Assembly (NCBI GenBank): GCA_964598495.1
Contig: CAZRBY010000006.1
Span: 2,624 to 66,623, forward strand
DNA from: an uncultured Muribaculaceae bacterium
GTDB lineage: Bacteria; Bacteroidota; Bacteroidia; Bacteroidales; UBA932
Length of the DNA stretch: 64,000 nucleotides
Reading direction: 5' to 3'
A model generated the notes under the pieces. The model did not search any database, had not been told where the DNA came from, and was given only the letters and a program-made list of their open reading frames with translations. Made by a program: the position numbers and the translations under genes. Positions 18,928 through 26,963 of the stretch are shown one piece after another (the first letter of the stretch is position 1; each line of letters opens with the position of its first letter).

Positions 18928-19557
18928 ATGGATAAGCGATTACAACAATTTCTGGAGCTCGAGGACCTTACTCCGTCAAAACTTGCCGACATATTGCAGA
19001 TCCAGCGCTCGGGAATATCTCACCTTCTCTCCGGACGCAATAAACCCAGCTTTGATTTCATCCAAGGTATACTCAAGAATTTTCCTCAGATAAACCCTGA
19101 GTGGCTGATTCTCGGCAAAGGAAAACCTTACAAGAGCCAAAACACTTTCCCCCCACCATTACCTGATCAAACAATAACTTCTGCTCCCACTCCTGTAATG
19201 ACGGCACCACCGACTACCGGTTCCCCATCTTCCCCTGTCACTTTATTTGACACAATCCCCAATCGGAACCAAGAATCACTATTTGATTTGCCCCATTTTG
19301 TTCCGGAATCTGCAGTTGATAGCTCACGTGAAGGGATATCTACGCAAAACCCACTCAATGATGTACAAGAGGAACCTAAGGCAATCTCTCCTGTTCCTCA
19401 GCAGGTTACGAGGATTTCTGAGGCGTCACAACCCTCTGAGAATCGCTTTATAGAACCCATTTCCACCCCTATCCAAAATATTCAGGCCGCAAAAAGAGAT
19501 AAACACATCGTTCGCATCACCGTTTTTTACAGCGATGGCACATTTGAAGAAAAATGA
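18928..19557 (+). CDS. XRE-family helix-turn-helix protein with Pro/Ser/Thr-rich disordered linker
   Basis: 209 aa. The N-terminal 65 aa (LTPSKLADILQIQRSGISHLLSGRNKPSFDFIQ...PEWLILGKG) form a classic HTH_XRE/HTH_19-like module. The rest is low complexity, ending in a short beta-like motif, VRITVFYSDGTFEE. Confidence 0.75.
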   Translation: MDKRLQQFLELEDLTPSKLADILQIQRSGISHLLSGRNKPSFDFIQGILKNFPQINPEWLILGKGKPYKSQNTFPPPLPDQTITSAPTPVMTAPPTTGSPSSPVTLFDTIPNRNQESLFDLPHFVPESAVDSSREGISTQNPLNDVQEEPKAISPVPQQVTRISEASQPSENRFIEPISTPIQNIQAAKRDKHIVRITVFYSDGTFEEK

Positions 19558-19563
19558 CTATTT

Positions 19564-19584
19564 TTGTAATGATAATCATTACAA
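19564..19584. promoter_or_regulatory. 21-nt perfect palindrome TTGTAATGAT-A-ATCATTACAA between the HTH gene and pyrD
   Basis: Seen directly. It uses the same TGTAA/TTACA half-sites as the upstream array. It lies 7 nt after the HTH stop codon and 4 nt before the pyrD ATG. Confidence 0.6.
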
Positions 19585-19587
19585 ATC

Positions 19588-20676
19588 ATGTACAAATTTC
19601 TGATAAGGCCTATTCTCTTTCTTTTTAATCCTGAAAGGGCCCACAAAATAATATTCTCGTTACTTAAGTTTTCAAGACATATTCCGGGACTCCAACATTT
19701 GCTTCGACTCCTGTATAGGGTCAAAACTCCTACCTTGGAGCGTGACCTCTTTGGCCTCCACTTTAAAAATCCGATAGGCATTGCCGGTGGCCTGGATAAA
19801 AACGCTGAATGTTACAATGACCTTGCATGCTTCGGATTCAGTTTTGTGGAAATAGGCTCTCTCACTCCCAAGCCTCAGATCGGAAATCCAAAACCACGCT
19901 GTTTCCGTCTCGTTAAGGACAGTGCAATCATCAACCGAATGGGTATCAATAACCTGGGAGTGAGGAATGCTATCGACAATCTACGGGCAACTCCTCCCCG
20001 CGACATAATAATTGCTGCCAACATCAGTAAAAACTCCATCACATCAAACGAAGATGCTGCAGTAGATTATGAAAAGGCGCTCACTCTGATGTATGATTTC
20101 GCGGATATGACTGTATTAAACATCTCCTGTCCCAATGTAAAAAACCTTACAGAACTCCAGGACATAGAGATGCTCTCGAATATCATAGATAAACTCATCA
20201 CTATCCGTAAATTCAACGATGAATACCGTCCCATCCTGTTAAAACTCTCCCCGGATATTCCTCTCGAGCAGATTGATGAAATTATTGACCTTGTGCAAAT
20301 AACGGGCATCGACGGTATTGTTGCCACTAATACCACACGTAGCCGCGAGGGACTTGCTACTCCCTCCGATGATGTCAAGAATCTTGGTGAGGGAGGACTC
20401 AGTGGTGCTCCTCTTTTTGAAAAATCACTGAATATGGTTCGATACATCCACAACAGATCCCGAGGCTCCATACCAATAATTGGTGTCGGTGGCATAATGA
20501 CTCCGGAACAGGCACAGCAGATGCTTGATGCCGGCGCATCACTGATTGAAGTATATACAGGTTTTATATACAATGGGCCAGGGTATGTAAAGAAAATCCT
20601 GAAGCACCTACGCAATGTGGAGAAAGAGAGAGCTATGGCGGCCAATATTGAAAATAACCCTTCCGGATCAGAATGA
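19588..20676 (+). CDS. pyrD: dihydroorotate dehydrogenase (quinone), class 2
   Basis: 362 aa with the GLDKN, EIGSLTP and GVGGI blocks of class 2 DHODH. Confidence 0.9.
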   Translation: MYKFLIRPILFLFNPERAHKIIFSLLKFSRHIPGLQHLLRLLYRVKTPTLERDLFGLHFKNPIGIAGGLDKNAECYNDLACFGFSFVEIGSLTPKPQIGNPKPRCFRLVKDSAIINRMGINNLGVRNAIDNLRATPPRDIIIAANISKNSITSNEDAAVDYEKALTLMYDFADMTVLNISCPNVKNLTELQDIEMLSNIIDKLITIRKFNDEYRPILLKLSPDIPLEQIDEIIDLVQITGIDGIVATNTTRSREGLATPSDDVKNLGEGGLSGAPLFEKSLNMVRYIHNRSRGSIPIIGVGGIMTPEQAQQMLDAGASLIEVYTGFIYNGPGYVKKILKHLRNVEKERAMAANIENNPSGSE

Positions 20677-21956
20677 CTACAGCATCAATATGTACAATTG
20701 GCGATGAAATACTTATAGGCCAGATACTCAATACCAACTCCGCTGAGATATCGAGGGCATTAAACAGCGCCGGAATAAGGGTAAGATTTCATTTCTCTAT
20801 TGGTGATATACACGAGGAGATTATCTCCAGACTTGAGATGTGTTTGGAGCACACTGATATTGTGATAGTTACGGGTGGTCTGGGGCCCACCAGAGACGAT
20901 ATTACCAAACTTGCTCTCAAGGAGCTTTCAATGGCTTCATCATTTGTCCGTTCAGAAGAACAGTATCGTATAATAGAGCGATTAATGAGTGCCAGGGGCA
21001 TAGAGATGATCGAGTCTAATAGAGAGCAGGCCTCAGTCCCAAACACATGTGATGTTATTCCCAATGAATTGGGCACAGCTCCTTGTATGGTCTTTCGTGG
21101 ACTGGGCTCAAAGGGCACCTCTACACTCTACTCTCTTCCCGGTGTACCATTTGAAACGATAGGTCTGATGCCGAAAGTGATAGATGATATCCGCACTCAC
21201 TTCAATCTGGAGCATATTACACATCACACCATTGTTACATTCGGAATTCCTGAATCCACACTTGCCAAACAAATAGAAAACTGGGAAAATGCGCTTCCGG
21301 AGAATATAAAACTGGCATATTTGCCTAACCCTACTATCGGAGTGCGCCTCAGACTCTCCCATTATGGAGAAGAAGAGCCGGATTTCACACCTTATATATC
21401 CTCTCTTAAAGAGATTCTCGGAGATGCAATATATGGTGAAGGTGAGGATAACCTGCAGACTGTAATAGGGCGTAAATTAAGGAGTATGGGAAGAACGCTT
21501 GCAGTAGCCGAATCTTGTACCGGCGGCCGCATCTCCGAATTGATAACCCAGGTGGCAGGCTGCTCGGATTATTACAAAGGGTCGGTAATATCTTATGCAA
21601 ATGGAGTAAAGACAAACCTCCTCGGTGTACCTGCCGAAACTATTGAAACTCACGGAGCGGTGAGTGAGCAAACCGCAATAGCGATGTCTACCGGACTGCT
21701 AAAACTGCTTGATACAGACTACACCATAGCTACAACCGGTGTAGCAGGCCCTGGCGGTGGTACTTCCGAAAATCCTGTAGGAACTGCATGGCTTGCAGTA
21801 GCTTCAAGAGATCGTGTAGTAACTAAAAAGGTGAAATTTTCCTCGAACAGAGTGACCAATATAGAGCGTTTTGCCTCGAATGCCCTTAATTTGCTACGCC
21901 TTGAAATAGAGTTTAGTGGTGCGGGTTGCGAGTTACGTGGTGCAGGGAAGTTATGA
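20673..21956 (+). CDS. cinA: CinA-family protein (MoCF-binding domain plus nicotinamide-nucleotide amidohydrolase PncC domain)
   Basis: 427 aa with the IGDEILIGQILNTNS N-terminus and the C-terminal AESCTGG motif. ATGA overlap with pyrD. The last 14 or so residues are encoded by C-poor low-complexity spacer sequence. Confidence 0.88.
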   Translation: MTTASICTIGDEILIGQILNTNSAEISRALNSAGIRVRFHFSIGDIHEEIISRLEMCLEHTDIVIVTGGLGPTRDDITKLALKELSMASSFVRSEEQYRIIERLMSARGIEMIESNREQASVPNTCDVIPNELGTAPCMVFRGLGSKGTSTLYSLPGVPFETIGLMPKVIDDIRTHFNLEHITHHTIVTFGIPESTLAKQIENWENALPENIKLAYLPNPTIGVRLRLSHYGEEEPDFTPYISSLKEILGDAIYGEGEDNLQTVIGRKLRSMGRTLAVAESCTGGRISELITQVAGCSDYYKGSVISYANGVKTNLLGVPAETIETHGAVSEQTAIAMSTGLLKLLDTDYTIATTGVAGPGGGTSENPVGTAWLAVASRDRVVTKKVKFSSNRVTNIERFASNALNLLRLEIEFSGAGCELRGAGKL

Positions 21957-21981
21957 GTGAGGAGTTGTTAGTATAAATAGA

Positions 21982-22037
21982 CTTCAACAACATCAGCATA
22001 GAAAATTTTTTGTATTTTCGAGCTGATGTTGTTGAAG
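21982..22037. repeat. palindromic intergenic element, copy A (inverted orientation)
   Basis: 16-bp arms CTTCAACAACATCAGC / GCTGATGTTGTTGAAG. The reverse complement of the centre, TCGAAAATACAAAAAATTTTCTA, matches the centres of copies B and C. Confidence 0.85.
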
Positions 22038-22166
22038 CAGTGCGATTTAAAAGGATGTTTTGAGTAAGGGCTTTTATTATTGGAAAATATTATTAATAAA
22101 CAAATAGTTTATAATTAACCAACAGCCAATGGCTAAAGCCAACGGCTAACAGCAAACTATAGTATC

Positions 22167-23330
22167 ATGAAAAGAATAATTGTTTTTATTATGGCAGCAA
22201 CAGTTATCGCAGCCTGTTCCCCAAGTCCGAAGGACGAAGCGGCAAAGAAAATTGATTCCATCTGTTCGGAGCTATTTCCGTTAGGTGAACCCGGTGCTGC
22301 AGTCCTTGTGCTCCGGGGAGATGAGATCATTTTTGATAAAGGTTACGGCTTAGCCGATCTTGAGAGTGGTACCCCTATTGATGGAAATACCTCTTTCTGC
22401 ATTGCTTCAATATCCAAACAGTTTACTGCAGTAGCTATCCTGCAGCTTGCTGAGCAAGGCAAACTTTCGCTGGAGGACAATATGAAAAAATATTTCCCCG
22501 AATACAAGGCGGATTTTTATGAGAGAATCAAGATCAAACACCTCCTCTCCCACTCCTCAGGCATTCCAGACGCACGCGACAGAAGCGACAAACAGCGCAG
22601 TATTTTTGCAGACGAGGCGTATGTAATGCAATATCTGCCCGACTTGAACTTTTTAAATTTCGAGCCCGGAACGGAGTACGAATATATAAATCCGACTTTT
22701 TTGATGCTTGGTGCAATTGTGGAAAAAGTTTCCGGAATCTCATTTGTCGATTATGTAAATGAGAATATTTTCGCACCTGCAGGAATGGAACATAGTCTCT
22801 ACTTTGAGGCTGATAAAGAGCACCTTATACCAAATATGGCTCATGGATACAGGTTTGAAGATGTTGATGATTTATCCGAAGGAAACTCTGAAAATGAAGG
22901 TGAGATTGAGAGCAAAAAAGAGTGGCGCGAGTATGACTACGGCGAGGAAACCTTTTTTGCCACTAAGGCTGATGGCGGCCTCTACACTTCAACTCATGAG
23001 TTTGTGATTTGGGAAAAAGCACTTCGTAGCCATACGGTACTGGGAGAAGAACTTCAGAATGCCGCACATACGCCTCAAATAAAGATAAGCGGCAGCAAAT
23101 ACAGCAACTATCAAAATCGCCCCAATACCTGGTATGGATATGGCTGGTTTATCGAACCCGCAACCGACTCCACGACCTTAAAGATTTATCACACCGGCAG
23201 CAACGGCGGCTTCAAATCCATTGCAGCACGCTACCCTGAGAAAGAAATACTTATTCTGCTCTTTTCCAACCGGGAAGACTTAGATTCGTACGCAACAATA
23301 CAACCGATAGAGAGAGCCCTTGGGCTATAG
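22167..23330 (+). CDS. serine hydrolase of the beta-lactamase/PBP4* family (class C-like), lipoprotein
   Basis: 387 aa. It has a lipobox (IAACS), SxxK (SISKQ), YxN (YIN) and an HTG triad-like motif. It also has an acidic insert, EDVDDLSEGNSENEGEIES. Confidence 0.8.
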   Translation: MKRIIVFIMAATVIAACSPSPKDEAAKKIDSICSELFPLGEPGAAVLVLRGDEIIFDKGYGLADLESGTPIDGNTSFCIASISKQFTAVAILQLAEQGKLSLEDNMKKYFPEYKADFYERIKIKHLLSHSSGIPDARDRSDKQRSIFADEAYVMQYLPDLNFLNFEPGTEYEYINPTFLMLGAIVEKVSGISFVDYVNENIFAPAGMEHSLYFEADKEHLIPNMAHGYRFEDVDDLSEGNSENEGEIESKKEWREYDYGEETFFATKADGGLYTSTHEFVIWEKALRSHTVLGEELQNAAHTPQIKISGSKYSNYQNRPNTWYGYGWFIEPATDSTTLKIYHTGSNGGFKSIAARYPEKEILILLFSNREDLDSYATIQPIERALGL

Positions 23331-23394
23331 AAGTTAAGAGTTTCAACACATATCGGAATAACTTAGAACTCGTAACTTCCTCATAGACACCATA

Positions 23395-23453
23395 ACTTCA
23401 AATAACATAGCTCCGAAAAAACAAAAAATTTCTACGCCTATGTTATTTGAAGT
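23395..23453. repeat. palindromic intergenic element, copy B
   Basis: Arms ACTTCAAATAACATAG / CTATGTTATTTGAAGT with centre CTCCGAAAAAACAAAAAATTTCTACGC. It lies between the convergent 3' ends of the serine hydrolase gene and guaD. Confidence 0.85.
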
Positions 23454-23482
23454 GAATTAAGCCTAATAATATTCTGGAATAA

Positions 23483-23956
23483 CTAATACTCCACCTTATC
23501 CTCCTTCGCCTTCCAGGATTCGAAAACCCGGAGGGCTTCTTTTTCTAATAGGACCTCGGCTTTAAGACGGCGTTCCTCAGGCGTGAGCTCAAGTTCCTTA
23601 TATATAAAGGAATCGTCGAAGCCGGCATAGGCAGCGTCGTGCTTGTCGGAGGCGTAGTAGAGTTTGTCAAGATGTGCCCAATAGATGGCTCCAAGACACA
23701 TCGGGCAGGGTTCACAGGAAGAATATATTTCGCATCCTTCGAGAACAAATGTGTCAAGCGCTTTGCAGGCGGCACGGATTGCATTTACTTCAGCATGGGC
23801 GGTAGGATCGCAAGAGGCAGTTACACGATTGCATCCAGTAGCGACCACCTCTCCATCTTTTACAATTACTGCACCGAAAGGACCTCCCCCGTTTTGTATG
23901 TTTTCTAGGGCAAGGTCAATTGCGAGGCGCATGAATTTTTCCTTATAGCTTCTCAT
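23483..23956 (-). CDS. guaD: guanine deaminase (CDA-fold, GuaD-type)
   Basis: 157 aa. GGGPFGAVIVKDGEVVATGCNRVT..DPTAHAEVNAIR...SSCEPCPMCLGAIYWA...GFDDSFIYKE follows, as I recall it, the B. subtilis GuaD sequence pattern rather than TadA. Confidence 0.8.
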   Translation of the reverse strand: MRSYKEKFMRLAIDLALENIQNGGGPFGAVIVKDGEVVATGCNRVTASCDPTAHAEVNAIRAACKALDTFVLEGCEIYSSCEPCPMCLGAIYWAHLDKLYYASDKHDAAYAGFDDSFIYKELELTPEERRLKAEVLLEKEALRVFESWKAKEDKVEY

Positions 23957-24612
23957 CAGCCTTCCATTTTCTTGGCATCCGCCACGAATAATTCCACACC
24001 TTTATCTGTCAGAGGATGGTTTAGAAGACCCAGAATAGCTTTAAGAGGACATGTTGCAACATCTGCACCTGCCTTCATACAATCGATAATGTGCTGAGTA
24101 TGGCGAATTGAAGCTGCAAGTACCTCTGTCTGATAGCCGTAGTAATTGAACACTTCTACAATTTCCTTAATGAGAGCAACTCCGTCACTTGAAATGTCAT
24201 CAAGACGCCCTACAAAAGGAGAAACATAAGTTGCTCCTGCTTTTGCTGCAAGCAAAGCCTGTCCAACTGTGAAAACAAGTGTACAATTGGTCTTTACACC
24301 TCTTTCAGAGAAATATTTCACGGCACGGATGCCATCTTTTGTACATGGAAGTTTTACGGTAATCTGAGGATGAAGCGCTGCAAGCTCTTCACCTTGATGA
24401 ATCATATCGTCGTACTCAGTGCCGAATACTTCCGCACTTACGTCACCATCAACGATTTCACATATCTTTTTGTAATGCGCCTTGATTGCAGCATCGCCTT
24501 TGATGCCCTCCTTTGCCATAAGTGAAGGGTTGGTAGTAACTCCGTCCAGGACTCCAAGTTCCTGAGCCTCTTTAATCTGATCAAGATTAGCAGTATCTAT
24601 GAAAAATTTCAT
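23956..24612 (-). CDS. fructose-6-phosphate aldolase / transaldolase type 3B
   Basis: 218 aa. MKFFIDTANLDQIKEAQELGVLDGVTTNPSL and the Schiff-base Lys context (TVKLP) are typical of the short Tal/Fsa family. Confidence 0.88.
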   Translation of the reverse strand: MKFFIDTANLDQIKEAQELGVLDGVTTNPSLMAKEGIKGDAAIKAHYKKICEIVDGDVSAEVFGTEYDDMIHQGEELAALHPQITVKLPCTKDGIRAVKYFSERGVKTNCTLVFTVGQALLAAKAGATYVSPFVGRLDDISSDGVALIKEIVEVFNYYGYQTEVLAASIRHTQHIIDCMKAGADVATCPLKAILGLLNHPLTDKGVELFVADAKKMEG

Positions 24613-24639
24613 GTGTGTGTTTATGTGATTTTGTTATTA

Positions 24640-25755
24640 TTATTCGTCTGCAAACTTCTGTATGGCATCCATCACACGAAAGAAATTGCCCCCGGCAATA
24701 GCCTTGATTTCGTGCTCTTTGTAACCGCGCATGCGAAGTTCTATGATTATTCTCTGTATCTTACTAATATCTTCAAGACCTTTGGGAGTAGTGTTGATAC
24801 CATCAAAATCACTTCCAAGTCCGACATGTTTTACTCCAACTAGCTTTACGACATGGTCGATATGATCTACAACCCTTTTGTACGAGGGTTTCTTGACAGA
24901 ATTCATCTCGATGACGGACTTTTCAAGTTGCTTCTGAAGCTCAATATTGGACTTGTCCTTACGCCAAGCCTTGTCCGCTTCATCGAAAATGTCCTCAAGG
25001 TCCCAGATCTCAGATGCAGCATACTCATTATCGAGAAAAGCGGGATAAAAATTGATCTGGATCACACCGCCCTTCTCTGCCAAAGCCATTATCATCTCAT
25101 CACTCATATTGCGGGGATGAGAGGCAAGTGCACGGCAGCATGAGTGTGTAGCCACTACGGGGACCTTTGAGTATTTAAGTACATCCCAAAAGGCATCGTC
25201 AGAGATATGTGATACGTCAATAAGAATTCCAAGACGGTTACACTCTTCAATTACCTCCTTTCCGAATGGACTGACACCGCCCCAACGTTTCTCTTTTGTA
25301 GCACAGGAGTCACAAATTTCATTATTCCCTGCGTGTGTCAATGTGAGATACCTTACACCCAAACGGTAAAACATCCTGAGCAATGAGAGATCTTTCTGTA
25401 TTGGAGAACCATTTTCCATACCGAGGAAAATAGAAATCAGTCCGTTCTTTTTGTTGCGTTTGGCTTGTGCGGGAGTGGTGGCGAATGCTACCTTGTCGGG
25501 ATTCTGCTCAACTGCATCGTAAACCCCTGATATGAGCTCGAAAGCCCTTCTTGTAGACTCGTCCTGGGAGAGAGAGTTCGATGTATAAATCGCGAAAAAA
25601 GAGCCGTTTACTCCTCCCTTCTTCATTTTTGCAAAATCTACGTGAGTAACAGGAAACTTGCCCGGAGTATAGCCTTGCTGGACCGTCTGCCCGAAATCTG
25701 CCCCCTTAACAAGCATCAGTGGAGAGTCACAGTGGGAATCCAATAAGAATATCAT
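24640..25755 (-). CDS. membrane dipeptidase (peptidase M19)
   Basis: It has the DSHCD N-terminal metal motif and the LTHAGNN, VSH, ATHSC and GSDFDG blocks. The track start at 25833 is a TTG; the first ATG, at 25755, gives MIFLLDSHCD. Confidence 0.85.
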   Translation of the reverse strand: MIFLLDSHCDSPLMLVKGADFGQTVQQGYTPGKFPVTHVDFAKMKKGGVNGSFFAIYTSNSLSQDESTRRAFELISGVYDAVEQNPDKVAFATTPAQAKRNKKNGLISIFLGMENGSPIQKDLSLLRMFYRLGVRYLTLTHAGNNEICDSCATKEKRWGGVSPFGKEVIEECNRLGILIDVSHISDDAFWDVLKYSKVPVVATHSCCRALASHPRNMSDEMIMALAEKGGVIQINFYPAFLDNEYAASEIWDLEDIFDEADKAWRKDKSNIELQKQLEKSVIEMNSVKKPSYKRVVDHIDHVVKLVGVKHVGLGSDFDGINTTPKGLEDISKIQRIIIELRMRGYKEHEIKAIAGGNFFRVMDAIQKFADE

Positions 25756-25873
25756 AAAAAAATATTTTTTTGGGTTACATAAATAATTCCCAAATTTACG
25801 AATTATCAAGAAATTGTACAACAGTTGCAACAATTGGAGCGAAGCTCCGTTTTATATTATAGAAAAGAGAGTG

Positions 25874-26371
25874 ATGACACAGAAAGAGATTAAGAAGTTT
25901 TACGACACTCACTACAGGCGACTTTTCAACGCAAGTTACAGGATAGTAGGTAACGGTGCAGACGCTGAGGAGATAATGCATGACACGTTACTGCGTTTTT
26001 TACAGATGGATACCCCGCCTGCAGAACCTGCCCAAATTTCTGCCTGGCTCATACGCACCTGTATCAGAAGGTCTATAGACAGATTGAGGGTCATCAAAAG
26101 GGAGCAGATTTTCAAAGATAGTTATGAAGAACCTGAAAATCTTTCCGGCGAAGAGAGTGCGGAAATAGCGATTTCCACTAAAGAAGAGGTAAAACGCGTC
26201 AGAGAGGCCCTGGAAACGATGAAAGATCCCTACAGGCTGGTATTGACACTCTCACTTTTCGAGGGAATGGATTATCAGGAGATTGCCCAGATTACCGGGC
26301 AGAAAGAGGTGACGATACGATCCCAGTTTTGTAGAGGAAAGGCAACACTATTAAAAATATTGCAACAATGA
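25874..26371 (+). CDS. ECF-type RNA polymerase sigma-70 factor
   Basis: It has region 2 (FYDTHYRRLFNASYRIVGNGADAEEIMHDT) and region 4 (LSLFEGMDYQEIAQITGQKEVTIRSQFCRGK). The ATG is at 25874; the track's TTG at 25814 is unlikely to be the start. Confidence 0.85.
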   Translation: MTQKEIKKFYDTHYRRLFNASYRIVGNGADAEEIMHDTLLRFLQMDTPPAEPAQISAWLIRTCIRRSIDRLRVIKREQIFKDSYEEPENLSGEESAEIAISTKEEVKRVREALETMKDPYRLVLTLSLFEGMDYQEIAQITGQKEVTIRSQFCRGKATLLKILQQ

Positions 26372-26916
26372 GAGAGTTAGACGACATAAGTGAGATCCTT
26401 GACGACATGGAGCCTGCAGAGGGTCATTTCGACAGGTTTATGGAGAAAGCCAATCCCCCCAAGAGGATTGAATTCCAGAGGAATAATCCACGCAAACGGA
26501 TATTCTGGAAAGCTGTGCTCTTCCCTGTAGCCGCATCGGTAATGATGATTTTCGGAGCCAATCTGCTTATCAGGATTATGAGCATAAATAGTGAGAGTTT
26601 CTCTAAGACCGTGTCAGTTATGGAAGATCCGCAGGATATCTACAATGCCTATATGGATGTGGTAAGAGATAGTTATGAGTATCTATCGTCACTGACAGCT
26701 TATGCACCTAATAACGGAGCGAATGAGCATTTTAACACTCTGGAAAGCATCACATCCGAGTATATCCCTCTTTTGGAAGTCCTTCCTGACGAGATTAGTG
26801 AGCAAGAAAAGGCAGAAATTCTCAAAGAATACTATAGCCGGAGAGTAGAAAGCGTGGTTGAACTCCGGAAATATGTGGCATCACTCACACAACGCCGGAT
26901 TCAGCACCTGCAATAG
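26368..26916 (+). CDS. putative membrane-anchored anti-sigma factor
   Basis: 182 aa. ATGA overlap with the sigma factor stop and a single TM (IFWKAVLFPVAASVMMIFGANLLI). The call rests on context and topology only. Confidence 0.5.
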   Translation: MRELDDISEILDDMEPAEGHFDRFMEKANPPKRIEFQRNNPRKRIFWKAVLFPVAASVMMIFGANLLIRIMSINSESFSKTVSVMEDPQDIYNAYMDVVRDSYEYLSSLTAYAPNNGANEHFNTLESITSEYIPLLEVLPDEISEQEKAEILKEYYSRRVESVVELRKYVASLTQRRIQHLQ

Positions 26917-26963
26917 CAACAATAAAAACAACAAGAATAACAAAAACAACTAAAACAACTAAA

